NCBI GenBank assembly: GCA_030704615.1
Contig: CM060734.1
Coordinates: forward strand, 30,628,001-30,692,000
From: Takakia lepidozioides
Taxonomy: Eukaryota; Plantae; Bryophyta
Length of the DNA: 64,000 bases
Reading direction: 5' to 3'
The notes beneath the pieces were generated by a model. It searched no databases. It saw only the letters and a list, made by a program, of their open reading frames with translations, and had not been told where the DNA came from. Position numbers and translations under genes: made by a program. Positions within the stretch are counted from its first letter, which is position 1, and every line of letters begins with the position of its first letter. Positions 11,832-25,500 of this stretch are shown here, piece by piece.

Positions 11832-14800
11832 CTACCGCGCTCGACTGCTGTTTCCATTCAGTTGAGCACTGGTGTCGATAGTGCCTATGGACGATGAGTC
11901 CTCAGCTGGCAGTCCCCCCTGAGCACCTAATTGATTTGTTCCATTCATACCCACCCGAAGTGCGACTGTCACCAGATGCTGTTGCACAACCATTGCTTCT
12001 GGAAGCATATCCACAGTAACTGGGTTACCACTTGTTTTTATAAAAAAATCAGCCACCACCATTTATAATGCTCAGGGTAACAGCCACACAAGTTCCTGAC
12101 AAATGTTCGGCGTCGAAGTAACAATGTTCCTGACAAAATGCTAGAGACTAAATAACATTGTTTGGACAAGTAACCCCAAATCATGTCATTCAGCCTTCAC
12201 AGCCTCAGTTAGAAACGATATTTGCAGTATCTTTGCAGTCTTTAACCATTTATGAGATTACCATCATAGTCACCTCCATGCAGATGAAAGCAAATCTTCC
12301 TAAGCTTGGTGTTTTAACAAGTGAATGTCTAAATAAGGCTTTCTTTCCTAACATACTTGCATTGATTCCAACACTCCCTGGTTTCCAGGGAATGTCAAGG
12401 TTGGACCCTGATTCCAGCTGTGTTGACACAACAGCCAGTTACATAGTGAATTCAATTGTCAAGAGCTGAAGAACTCAAAGGTAGCACACACGGAAATGAG
12501 CAGACTACTTAAAGAGGGTAGATGATTGTGACATTGAACCATACAAAGCCTGCATTTGAATTGTCTCTCTGCACAATCCATTGTCTCATGGTAGGAGGAA
12601 TGAAAAGAGAATCTGGATGCACACCAGAGAACAAGTCTTAAGCCAGTGTACACAATCTCCTCCAGGTGAAGGAAAAACAATGTCAACAAAACTGCATCAT
12701 AAACCTCCAGAAAAAATGAGAGATTGGCAAACCTTGCAGGCCTTCCCGCGTTGTGATTAGGTCAAGCTGAAGATGGTCGAGGAGGCGGCCAAGGTCAACC
12801 CCACTTGAACAGTCCTCAGGCATTTGCCCCTTTCTGAGCTTTATGCGCCCACGGTGAGCATTGCCACCCCAGATAATTCCTATTGGCCTGGGTTTCTCAG
12901 CATCCTGTCCCTCACAAGTCAGCAAAATCAAGCTCCCACTATCGCCGTCCAAGTCAAATGTTGTGCTGTTCTCACCCACTATTAGGAAGTCGTTAAAGAA
13001 GCAGGTGCCCTTTTGATCATTGTATTCCACAGCATACCCCATTATAATACCCTTTGTGAGGCCTGAGCTCCGGCCAACTTTGACTACATGCTTGCCAACC
13101 AAGCTGCCTATTGGAGCCTGCAGGTCCACTCGCATTACGTTGCCAACCCCTCCCACACCTTTTACAGCCAGGTTCACCAACGACATGTCAAATGTATTGG
13201 TGAAGGGGACAAAAGCACCATCTGCCCTCACGAACCTCTCTGTATGTGAAAACCAGCCAGCCAAAGTGTTCATTCCACATGCACAGAACCTACTTGGAGG
13301 AAACACAATCAGATTTACTAAAAGTCACCTACCAGGAAGAATAATACTTACGTAGGATTACACATCTTCGTGACCACCATGGCACAAAGCGGCTCATGGG
13401 CATTGAGATAACTTGAATCAATCTCTACTTATAACCTATAATTCCAGGCAAGATTCTAGAGGGAATGTAGAGTCTCCACTTACCGTGCCAAATCCACCTG
13501 GACAGGGTCACACATGTAATCTTCTATCAACGACCTGGTTTGGGTACAATGCGCGCCCTTGTTGTTGGCCAAAAAAGTCGAGAACAACCATTGAAAGACC
13601 CCCCCCCCCCTCGAGATTTCACAGATTCACCAAAGCACTGGATGATTGAACTAAAGTGAATGATTACCTCATGTTATGGGCTCAGCTTGGTAAGCCAAAG
13701 ATGCTATACAATGAGTACCCATGTCACCTTCACAGTCATCAACAAGTAAACTCCACACACACAAGATACACAGGAAGAGGCAGACCTGGATTCATGCCAG
13801 TGAAGATGCCGTACCACAGATCATCCTTGACAAAAGATGTGGCTCTCTCCACTGAACCCAAGTACAACCCTGGACCATGATTTGGTGGCAGGGGATGAAA
13901 CATCTTTTGATTAGGGTATTCCAGGTCAACTGCTACATGACGGTCTGTAAGAAAGCCAAGTTGACGTAATCCTCTCTGACTCTGAACTACAGCCCCAAGG
14001 GTACCGTATGATTCCTGACTTGCCACCTGCAGAAAGTACAAAGTACACGGAGAGTCATTTGAATCGAATCTGATGCATGGAGCGCACCTATTCATTTTTG
14101 GTATTGAGTACTCCTACCATAGGAGCTAACATTCAATCACACCTCAAAGTAGCAGCCGGTTGTAAGCCTTCCTCCTACATGTGAAACCAGTCCATCAATC
14201 TCCGGCCAGCCCATACTTTCTTTTCTGCTTAAGCCTAAACATGTGCTTGATGCAACCTTGGTACAACCTCGGTACAACCCCTGTTCATCAACCACACCTC
14301 GGGTACATCTGGAACAACCCTTGGCCAAGTTACTCTGGACTGCGCAAAGTGGAATGACTAAGTAGCCCAAGTACTGCTACACCTCTACAGTAGTGTAACA
14401 AGTATACAGGGGGCTAGATTTTATCCGACAGCCATACTTAGTTGCACAGGAATATGATGCATTGAAAGTCAGACAGAATTCCACTACAGAAAGGTAAACA
14501 TTGGATTGCACTCTAGATTAAGATGCCAATGTCCTGCTGAAGTACACCGTATCAGAGACTGCATCAGCATGATCGTCCGAAAATCTCTTCTAGTCATATT
14601 GTCATAAGCTGTTGAGAAGTAGGATTATGATGCATTGAGAGTTAGACAGGATTCCACTCCAGGAAGGTAACCATTGGACTCCACTGCAGATTAAGATGGC
14701 AACGTCCTGCGGAAGTAGACTATATCAGGGACTGCATCAGCATGATCGTCCGAAAATCTCTTCTATATTGTCATAAGCTGTTGAAGAAGTAGGAACATGA

Positions 14801-17279
14801 TGCATATCATGCATTGAGAGTTAGACAGGATTCCACTCCAGAAAGGTAACCATTGGACTGCACTGCAGATTAAGGTGGCAACGTCCTGCGGAAGTAGACT
14901 ATATCAGGGACTGCAAGATCGTCCAAAAATCTCTTCTATATTGTCATAAGCTGTTGAAGAAGTAGGAGCATGATGCATATCATGCATTGAGAGCTAGACA
15001 GGATTCCACGAAGGTAACCATTGGACTGCACTGCAGATTAAGGTGGCAACGTCCTGCGGAAGTAGACTATATCAGGGACTGCAAGATCGTCCGAAAATCT
15101 CTTCTATATTTTCATAAGCTGTTGAAGAAGTAGGAACATGCATCTCTTCTATATTGTCATAAGCTGTTGAAAAAGTAGGAATATGATGCATATCATGCAT
15201 TGAGGGTTAGCCAGGATTCCACTGCAGATAAGGTAACCATTGGATGGTGCACTGCAGATTAAGATGCCAATGTCCTTCTGAAGTACACTGTATCAGGGAC
15301 TGCATGAGCATCTTCTAGTCATATTGTAATAAGCTGTTGAAGATTAAGTATGAATAGAGTTAGCCACGAATCCATGGAAATATAACAATTGGCAGATTCG
15401 ATACCAACGTCCTGCTGCTGAAGTACAGGGCTTAAGTAGACTGTATCAGGGGACTGCATCAGCATGATGTGATCTCTTCTAGTCATTTTGACATAAGTTG
15501 AACTGAAGAAGTACTCTGACATTTCAGCAACAAAAAGTGTATGAGCAATATCAATCATGATTCTCGAGCGTCGAAGCACTTTTAGGACTTCCTCGAGTGG
15601 TTTTGGATGACTCTCACGACAATGGCGGAACTGCCAAGGTGAGTATAGTCCGACACTTGAGTTCTACATTGCAACATTGAAGATGTTTTGAATGCGTGAC
15701 CTATTCCGGTAGTAGACGTGTAAGAAAGGGAAGTTGAAGAGAAGGATGATTTCGTTTCTTAGAGTGGTGAGTCAAACTAGATCCCATGTAATTGCTACGC
15801 GACACAACTAGTATTTAGCTCTGCTCTACTGGCCAGCCACTACCATGTCAAAGGACTTGACCTCGGTTTCAACTATTTTTGAGACCTCTGAGTTCTAGTA
15901 CACTGAATTCACAGTTCATTGACCTGTCGTTAGGAAGGAAAGACTGTGGAAGCAAGTGGGTCCCAGAAAAGGGGCACAGGGGTTCACACCTGTGAGCCTG
16001 GTCCAATACATGGGTCATTTCCTCTCAAGCCTTCTGACAGCTCCGTGTAGGTCGTCTCAAATTTACCAGTTGTTGAAGGGGGATCACAGTAGGAGAACTC
16101 CAATACATCTACTTCACACCACACTCCCCCAGGCCCCTGCATTTAATCAAGCAAATTTAACAACCTCAAGGGCTGTAGGTTCCAAGGGTAGCAATGCACT
16201 TACAGGGAAGCTAGCTTTTGATACAGACATCTACTCGACCTTTCCAGGTGTACCCATGTGCGCCAACAAAAATTAGCTCTGTAAACCTGTCTTACTTATA
16301 TAAAGGGGGTCCTCTTTCACACTTGCCACCTGTATAAAATATGATCAGCACCACTCCTCCTTAAAGAAAGGTCTCTAAGACCTCACTTAACATTTAAAAC
16401 ACCTGGCTGATCTACGCCTTACCAGTGTGAACATGTGAGACATCCAAATAAGTTGCAACAACAAGGAAAGAGGGAGGGACGCTGGATTTAGACGTCCACG
16501 GGTGCATACTAACATGGAAGTAGCACATCATATATTCGTTCGCAGAGATTGAACAGCCTTCCTCCAAGACACTGGACATCCCATGATAGACTATACTACT
16601 TAGAAAGAATCCTAAATTTGGAGATGCCATGTGCAACACCTAACATCTCTTCGACGCAAGCTCCCCGGACCCATTTCGGCAATATGACGAAGGTGGATAT
16701 CATGCTAATCATAACAGCTAGATCATCTGTGTAGAGATTATAGACATCTGTATAGAGATTATAGACGACAGTGGCAACGTGTACCTCGAGGACTTTTGGA
16801 ATCTTCTGAATGTCAAGGAGCCACTGTGTATGAACCTTCCGAGCTACGAAGACAATGATAGCTGGAATTGCAGTAAGGGCCCCCCGCCTTATGCGGAAGC
16901 CAAGAGAAGAGCCAATACTGTGGCGGTGAAGTGAGGTGCTGTGAAAGGCCCGAATTGTTAAGAGATCAAGCAGCGTCACAGCTCGTTGCCCTTTCGGCAC
17001 TGGACCACCATTCTCCAGCTCTTCCTCCTCCTGCAGACTCGTAAAGTAGGCCGCTCTGTCTTCTGAAAAGGAACCTGTAAGTCTGCCAGAAGGTGGCCAA
17101 AAAACATATGCACCACTGCTATCGTTCGGCCTAGCCGATGGCTGAGCCTGCAGGGTGGGGCTCGTTGAATACACAGGACGATGACCAGAGAAGCGCATCC
17201 AGTCGTCCTCTATCCCCAAAATTGAGGGGGAGGCAGGAGAGCGTCGCTGTGTGGCAGGCCGGAGAGATGTGATGTCCAT
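11832..17279 (-). CDS. NAL1: NARROW LEAF 1-like trypsin-family serine protease. Exons 17279-16785, 16136-15990, 14026-13786, 13239-12733, 11998-11832
   Basis: Motifs TIRAFHS, GFRIRRG, GPGGVWCEVDV, VASQESYGTLGA, TDRHVAVDL, FVRADGAF, KVGRSSGLT, GDSGSLIL. All junctions GT-AG and in phase. The 3' end may splice further at the GTAGGT that overlaps the stop. Confidence 0.92.
14448..15515. repeat. Intronic tandem repeat, about six 170-180 bp units, in NAL1 intron 2
   Basis: Repeated ATGCATTGAGAGTTAGACAGGATTCCAC...TTGTCATAAGCTGTTGAAGAAGTAGG starting at about 14450, 14625, 14795, 14970, 15180, 15350. Confidence 0.92.
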
Positions 17280-18841
17280 CTCTTCACTCAAAATCTATTA
17301 CCGGATGCTTCCCTTTGGACTCACTTAAACATGAGAGCTTCCACCCTTACTTTCTGGGTTCAAGCAACCCATCTTTGGAACTCGTAAATATTCAGCTACT
17401 TCAAGCAACCCAGTGCTACAGTCCCGCAAAGCAAACACATCTTGGCAACTCGTGTTGAACTACTTCAAGCAACCTACTACAGTCCCGGAGTTACACTGAG
17501 GAGTGACATACACTGAGCTGCGACAAAACTTAGGCAGATCGGTTATATCATATCAGAACAAGTGAGAGAGATCTACAAGACGGTGGACAATTTGTTGCAG
17601 ACACTGCAGTGACTCTGAGTGACTGTCCTCATCCTCGACTTCGTAAACAAGAGGATTCTTTCAGAGCGAAACAGTGCAGACGGCTCGTTATCATTGCAGC
17701 TCTGGAACATATATATGTGACACCAACATCCCCCAACCTAAGCTGACGTAAGAGATATACGTAATGAGTGTTGTTAGGGGCGCCGCCAAACAGATTATGA
17801 AGTTGAGAGCCAACCAAATGTCCTCCGTATCTAGAATTGCACCCAATCCATGGCCGCCACCACACTGTGGTCACATGGCTTCACTCACATCTGTTTGACA
17901 GGTCATGGCTCCTTTTCTGAGCATAATAAGACCATCAGTACAAAACAAACCTCCAGTGAGGGCGGTGTGTTCATTTTGCTTTATTTCCTTTTCAGGACAC
18001 AATAACTCCTCTTCAGTGGCTCAACGTAAGGCCCCCCCCTTCAAATGTGATCGATCAAAATGCTGGGCCTGCACGCGAGAGCGTCCATGAAAGCAGGAAA
18101 GTAGAGATGGGAAGTTACGGTATACTATACACCGTGAAAGTCTTTTTGTCTGGACAGATGGGGGGATACCGACTTGACAGGTTGCAGTACCATAGACGGC
18201 TCACAAACCATCCAACAATATTTGCAGACGACTCGGCAGGTACTGAACGGCCTTCATACTTCATACCTACCTCTGCGTAGTGATGGAGCCAACCCGATCA
18301 CCATCTGTGGTGAAATTTCGATGACAAATCTCGATGATGCAGTTTGGAAGGTTTCAATCTTGCAAGCCACATGGCCGACGGAACGTTTGACCTCATGCAT
18401 TACAGTATGAGAGCTCACTGGGAGCATTAATCTACACTCAACTCCTCGTAACTGGAGGTCATTGGCTGCTTGCCAGCCCTGGGGACATGCCAGGGCGTCT
18501 GTAGTCTATACCACACCGTGATGTAACAGATCTGAGGTAAAAGGCTGGCGGAGGGCTGATACATACATAATTCTTTGCAACATGGTGTGAGCAGTACGAG
18601 AATGTTGTTATACTTTACCCGCAAGGGTATGCCATAACCAACCTTGCAAGACCGTACATTCTGTCCCTCTATTTACTCTCTTGAGCCAACCATGTGTGAA
18701 AATGACAGTCTGTCGACAAAGGCAAGCTCTTAGTGAAAACAAATCTTGAAGTAGCTCTTCTTCACCCAGCAAGTACAATGTCACATCGCCTGACCCGAGT
18801 AAGTGTCGCGTAACTTCACCAACCCACATTTACTTAGTACC

Positions 18842-21800
18842 CTATGCAAAGGGCAAAATACTCAAAGCCACCTCCTTCAAGGAAGGCATAGTTGGCTGCT
18901 GATGCACAAGCACATACTCATCCTGTACCTTGCGCAATACTTGCCAGGGACCTGGGTAAGCCCTGCCCCAACCCTCATCACCATCCAGCACTATTAGCAG
19001 TATGCTATATCCGGTACCTACTCTTGAACCTCAGAGAAGGGCACACTACAACCGGTAATCAACTGCATTGAGAAAGAGGTATCCCATGCTAAAGATCCAC
19101 AAATTGACTTTTGAGCAAGAGACTAGTGCATGCCAGCAGCTCCTCAACAGCCAGAAGCCAACCATTCGGGAGGCTGAGGGGTTCTTACCTGAACAGTATC
19201 CCACCAGATCGACCCTTGAAGTTGTGGATGTAATAAACAGTCTCAAACTTGGGGAGAAACCTCTTTGCCAATGCTCCAAGCTTTGGATAAAAGAAGGAAG
19301 GATAGTCTAATGTGGTCACATTAATGTCTCAACAACATGTGCACCCTCCACACTTGCAACTTTTATAACAAAGAAAGAGTAATTTCAAAACATTCATTGC
19401 TAGAAAAATGACTCAATAGTTGACACAGCTTGACCCAGCTAGGATCTGAAGCTTGGTTAAAATATGACATGGCATAGGTCACAGTGAATGAATAGAGGGG
19501 CTGTCCATGCCCTACACATCATTCTCTAGGTCAGGATAATAATAATAATATATGACGCCTCCCGAAGGAAGCGTAAATTATGGTGTCTCTTGACCCCGAA
19601 GGGCTAGTGCCTTCCAGTAGGGAGGTGGACACCTTTGCACCAATTGGTGGATTGAACCCACAACCACTTCTGAGGTGGTATGTGCCCATTACCGCTGGGC
19701 TACAACTTGGTTGTACTAGGTCAGGAAATTGCAAGGCAAAGTATGAGAAGACTAGACTCCCATGTCGAAATAAAAAAAGTTATCAAGTATACAGCCACTA
19801 CGAATTCGATCAAGCTCGCCATTGAACACAATGATGGGACGACATGACGTTAATGCTGCATCCCTGTAAAGCTCCTCCACCGCTAACATCTCTGCATACC
19901 CACAAAGAAAGAACAGTATGCTTACGACCTACTTCAACAAAGAACATCCAATTTGCACCAGAAAGTCTAACAACATCCTTCAATCTCCTTCAGCAGTAGC
20001 CTTCAAGCTCATAGGAACTGCTACCTCTCAGAAGCCTAAGGAAGTTGAAGGACACCATTGACATAAAGGAGAGAGATCATGAAGTTGAAGGGTACCATTG
20101 ACACTGAAGTAGGGATAAGCAATCACAAAGAGTTTGTCACTTGGTTGTGCCCTGTCAGCCATCCGCACCTTCCGGCTGAAACCAAAGTCTTCTAACCCTG
20201 AAGGACTCGTCAAATAGAACTTGAAGGACGTTCCCCAAAACACATTGTTTTCGGCTGAATCAACCTCATCCACATCTGGGAAGAACTGCATCCGATCATT
20301 CATCACTTGTCAGTACATCATCTATCTTGAATTTCTGGCAATCTCAAAATCAAAGAACTAACTGACATGACCAAGTGTAGACTTACTATGCGAGTACTTG
20401 CTGCCTGGTCCCCAAGAGCGAAGACCCTACAGAATTCACACACCAAGAACATGCTCATACTCATCTCTACGCCTCCCTCCGTGTCACCTGCATTTGCACC
20501 AAGGCCGTATGGATAACATCAAGCGCTACCACCAAATCTCACATCTGTTTGCTCTTCCCAACTTTTATGCATGCTTCATCAAATTCCTCCACACTGTTTC
20601 TGACTGTTGGAGCTTAGTCACTGTCACACCTGCGACACAATTCCACTAACCAAGCAATTTCTCCAAACATTTTCCCTTATTTATGGCATGGGAAGAATTT
20701 GTGACATAATTTCCATTCCATGACTAATATGAAGATATGTAGACCCAAGTTGCAGGAGAAGCACATCCAAGCACCATGGAAGACTTGTTTTGAACACTTA
20801 CCAATTTGATAAAACTATTGGGCAGTTCAATCACCTGGGACAGAATCAAGCCCGCCTGTTGGAAACTCTATTTCCTGCTCCCACCAGAGATGGCCCATGC
20901 CATTCTGTTTCACTTCCTTTCACAGATTTACAACTGCAAGCATAATTGAGTAACTTAACAATTCCCCCACCGAAAAGAAAACCAGTACAAATTTTGATAG
21001 CAACGCACCAGCAACATTTTGTTGTCTTTCAGAGCAGCCTGTGTAGCTTCTTTCACCTGTGAACCCACCTGCAGTCATGAAGTTGTACACACATTCAGTT
21101 GCATCTCAGCTCCCACAGATTTTGTACTGATAGTTGAAACATGCATATTTCACCCCAAGCCCCCCTTAAGAGCCTTGTCCTTGAGTGCTTTCTAGGATAA
21201 TGCTCACAACTGACATTTTACAGCCTAACTATGTTATGCATTATCATCTCTGCTGGAAAACAGAACAACAAAGATAAGTTAAACACCTCCTAGATGTGCT
21301 AAGGCTGAAAACATGCCCAATGGCATTAGTAGCAGGGCCAGAACTGCTTGCTCAAAAATGTCCAGCTACAGGGCAGCTCTGTAGTGACAGGTAGATTTGG
21401 TGCCAACATGCTCCTGCTGATATTGTTCGGTGTACACCGTCTCTTTACACTGTCTCTTAAGGGATGGAAAAGGGCCTCTTAGGTGAGTGAAGTGTGCTTC
21501 TCTCTCTTTCCAAGAAAATAAATTTAAAAATCACCATTGAGAGAATGGATGACGTACTTCCTACCTGCCCAATTAGCTGTGCATAATCACGAGGAAACTC
21601 AACCAGCTTGGGGGCAGTCTCTGGCTTCTTCTCAGAAGGTGATTGACTCCGCGCAGCAAAATCTCTTGTCCTCAGTTTTCTACCCTGAAATCTTGAAAGG
21701 CAGGAAGGGTGCTTCTGTCCCAATGTCTCGGTCCTTACTTGATAGTAGGATGATGTCAGTCCGGCCCCCCACACCAATTCTTGACCCCTTCCATAACGTG

Positions 21801-22244
21801 TTTCAAGCTGCACAAACCACCCAGTTTGCATGATAAGATCCAGAAATTTACTTCCAGCTACTAAACACCCCCAAAAAGAATCCCTTGGGCTTTCACAATA
21901 TTGCGATACACCTTAACATATTGACCATGTTTGACCCTTTTTGAAGGAATCCCTGCTGAAAGCCCGACATGCTGTGACATGCTTCTAGAAGGTGTAAAAA
22001 ATCGGTCGTGAAAAGCAACTCACTTATGCATCCAAGCCCTCCTTTCCAGCAGAGAGCTAGAGGCAATTGAAAATACACCTGAAACAGCTTTGGTAACTCC
22101 ACCCGGGTGATCGTGGCAGATCACGCAACTAGAACTGGAGAAAAGTACCTTGGGGGGGAGCCACAGACGTTGACGATGCTGAGGGCAGGAGTAGGCAGCA
22201 GAATGTGGGCCGCAATACAAGGTGGCGGCTGTATGGAGCAGCAT
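18842..22244 (-). CDS. LPA3: LOW PSII ACCUMULATION 3 (DUF1995), chloroplast. Exons 22244-22079, 21860-21565, 21056-21009, 20874-20835, 20487-20387, 20285-20096, 19891-19793, 19306-19189, 18962-18842
   Basis: FPRDY..LI.Q, EIEFPTGGLDSVPGDTEG, STRIFFP, EDFGF..KVRMADR, AYPYFSVNEML.VEELY, FNGELDRIRSGYYP.FFYPKL, ETVYYIHNFKG, YPGPWQVLR, MPSLKEVAL. Phases consistent. Exon 1 (transit peptide) is less certain. Confidence 0.92.
19537..19715 (-). mobile_element. tRNA-derived SINE, family B, full length, in LPA3 intron 7
   Basis: 11-bp TSD CTAGGTCAGGA at 19526-19536 and 19716-19726. A box TAGCCCAGCGG, B box GGTTCAATCC, (TAT)n tail. Confidence 0.9.
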
Positions 22245-22559
22245 GGCTGCGGCAGCAGAGCTTGGCAGATGCTCTCAAAGTATTTTGTTGGTGCTCATGT
22301 TTATGAGCTGCTCCTTTGAACGGATGAGATTAGTCGGACAACCATCCAACGGATTAACTTCCGCATCTCACGATAGAGATAAGATTCGTCCGAAATTCGA
22401 AGAGTATGTGAGGATTCAATGCGATGTAAGAAGAATGTGATGAGTTGCAGCTGATCTGTGCGTGATCCTTGAGCTGGATCATCATGTTGACGAGGCAATC
22501 GTTTCTTGCATCAGGTCGAACTGCATGAGGTGGTACTGTTTTCTGTCACACTGGTGAGG
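22245..22559. promoter_or_regulatory. Probable bidirectional promoter / 5' UTR region between LPA3 and the PDF-PPR-DYW gene
   Basis: Only 315 bp separate the two divergent inferred start codons. Confidence 0.5.
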
Positions 22560-25500
22560 ATGGCAGCGTGCTCCGGCATTCTTCTGAGCGCGCATGTGGA
22601 ACCCATGCCCAAAAGCCCGTCTTCTCGTTCCGGTCATGCCAGAGGCCTCACTTCTTGTAGCAGATTAAGGGGCTCGGCTGTGGAGCTGAAAGCGGCATCA
22701 TCTTATGCAATTCGCCATGAATTGTGTCTCTTGCAAGTGACGACTACGGCGCCTCCCAAGCATTCCGGGATGCCCATGAAATTAGGTACTAACGCGGAAC
22801 ACTTCACGGTTTTTTTTTTTGGCAATGTCAGATCCAGGCTTGGAATTGTCGTTTGAGCGATCCAGCAGAAACTAATCTAAATCGGTTGGAAGAAACAGAC
22901 GCTATCATCTTGGACATAGAACAACGCTGGAACATGGAACAATTGTGGCAGGAGTTCCTTACAGTTCCTTCACAATGGTGGGACTACAGCATTGGCAAGG
23001 TGCGCTTTTCTTCATGTAGGCTGTGAGGGAGTCCATCAAGGAGGGAGTTTGACTGGCTCTAGTGTGATAATATGTTTTGGACTCCCTAGTCGTTAACTTG
23101 AGTTAGAATTTCTGTTTGATCTGCTGTCAGTATCATAAATTTGTTCTTGCTAAGTAGGAGATGTAAGAAGGATTTTCCCTGGAGTTAGTACTTGGGAGGG
23201 TTGATTGGTCTTAGGAAGCTGTGGTTACATCTCCGGTTGCACCCTTGTGGTTTTCACAGACAAATCCAGAATTCCAGACTGCAGACACAAGCAGTGCACA
23301 CAAGAGTTGCTTTGGATGGAGGGTGACCTCCTTGGTTGAAAGAAAAGATATTTCCCATGACACAAGGTCAAGAACAGTCCCCTGATGGTTCCTCAGAGTG
23401 CGGTTCTAATTCTGGTGTGGATGGTGGAGCTCCTTCAAAGTTTGAAGATGGAAATGAGCATGACTGGACCCCGGTGGTTTTCTCAGACCAATCCAAGATC
23501 ACCGGACTACAGACATAATCAGCACACACAAGAGGTTCTTTGGATTGAGGGTTGTTTGAATCCTCCTTGGGTGAAAGAAAAGCTAGCTTCTGCCGTGACC
23601 AAAGGTCAAGCACAATGTGGTGAGGGCACCTCCTTCTTCAACACATCTAGGCTGTCTCCTATCAGAGCTGCCCCTACTTTTCTATGGTGGTTCAAAGCGT
23701 TTTGGCCATGTTACTGCCAATGGCATGCAGGCAAACATATGAGGACTGGAAATAGAACTGAGGACAAGCTTTGGAAGGAGTATGTTTCGAATCCGAGCCA
23801 ATTATGTGCCACTCAAGGCAGAAAGGTGCATGCCTGTTGCGTTGAAGCAAAAGCAGACACTTTTTTCAGTGATTGCTCTCTCCTTAACACACATTTCTGA
23901 AGTTTTGTCAGCAATTTAGCATAGGAACTAGTGTGTGGTAAGTAGGGGTGGGGTGTTTCCTAGATAAATTTTTGGTTGTCTTTCAGCTACTAGTAGCAAG
24001 GGGCAGGATCTATGGATTGTTGCCAATGATGGAGGCAGGGATGGAGTGTGGTTGCAGATCCATCTGAGAGGACCAGATTTCAAGCACAAGTCTACCAATG
24101 AGGCACTTTGGATTCATAGTTACAAGAAACCTGCATGGATAGATGGTCAACTGGAAGCAGCAGCAGAGTTGCTTAAATTAAGCACCTTCACCACGACCGC
24201 TGCTGTTGAAAGAGTCCACAAGATCTCTTCTGGCACTTGTGAGCATTTGAGGACACTATGCAAGGCAGGACAACTGAAAGAAGTCATGCACATTTTGAAG
24301 AAAGGAGGCATTTCAGCAGACTCTGATACTTATGTTTGCCTCTTGCATAAGTGCATCAAGATGAATGGCCTAGTTGCGGGAAAGCAGGTGCATGCCCACA
24401 TCATCCAAAGTGGATTTAAGCCAAACGTGTTTCTACACAACACTCTTGTCAACATGTATGTGAAGTGCGGGAGTATCGCGGATGCACAGCATGTGTTTGA
24501 CAAAATGCCTGAACGGAATATGTTTTCGTGGACTATAATGATGTCAGGCTATACCAAGCATGGTTGTGGTAGGAAGTCCTTTGAGATGTACGGGCAAATG
24601 ATACAGGAAGGGATGAAGCCCGACCAGGTCACGTTCATTTGTGTTCTCAAGGCGTGTGCCAGCCTGATAGCCCTGGAGCAGGGCAAAGAGGTCCATGCTG
24701 ACATCATGAAAGCTGAGATTGCACCAAATACCATTCTGGACAATACCCTTGTGGACATGTATGCCAAATGCGGCAGCATTAAGGATGCAAAGGCAGTGTT
24801 TGAGAAGATGGCTAAACGAGATGTGGTATCATGGAGTGCAATGATTGCAGGATACGCCCAGCATGGTTATGGGATGGAGGCTTTGGAGACCTATGAGCGT
24901 ATGATGCTGAAAGGGGTAAAGCCCAACCAGGTAACATTTGTTAGCCTTTGCAATGCGTGTGCAAGCCTAGCAGCCCTGGAAAAGGGCAAAGAGGTCCATG
25001 CTGACATCAGGAAAGCTGGGATTGTACCAAATATTATTCTGGAAAATGCCCTTGTGGACATGTATGCCAAATGTGGGAGTATCCAGGATGCAAAGGGAGT
25101 GTTTGACAATATGGCTGAACAAGATGTGGTGTCATGGAGTGCACTGATTGCAGGATATGCCCAGCATGGGTATGGGATGGAGGCTTTGGAAACCTATGAG
25201 AAAATGATGCAAGAAGGGGTGAAGCCCGACCAGTTCACATTTGTTTGCGTTCTCAAGGCGTGTGCTGACCTGCCAGCCCTGGGAAAGGGCAAAGAGGTCC
25301 ATGCTGACATTGCAAAAGCTGGAATTGTGCCAAATATCATCTTGGACACTACCCTTGTGGACATGTATGCCAAATGCGGTAGCATCAAGGATGCTAAGGG
25401 AGTGTTCGACAATATGGCTGACCGAAATGTGGTGTCATGGAGTGCGATGATCGCAGGATATGCCCAGCAGGGTTGCGGCATGGATGCTGTGGAGACCTAT

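Noticed and set aside
19068-19310. Plus-strand ORF resembling LINE RT (TLEVVDVINSLKLG)
   Set aside because: It is the antisense of LPA3 exon 8.
24046-24057. ORF-track start of the PPR protein
   Set aside because: It is a GTG inside an intron; the acceptor TTGCAG ends at 24057.
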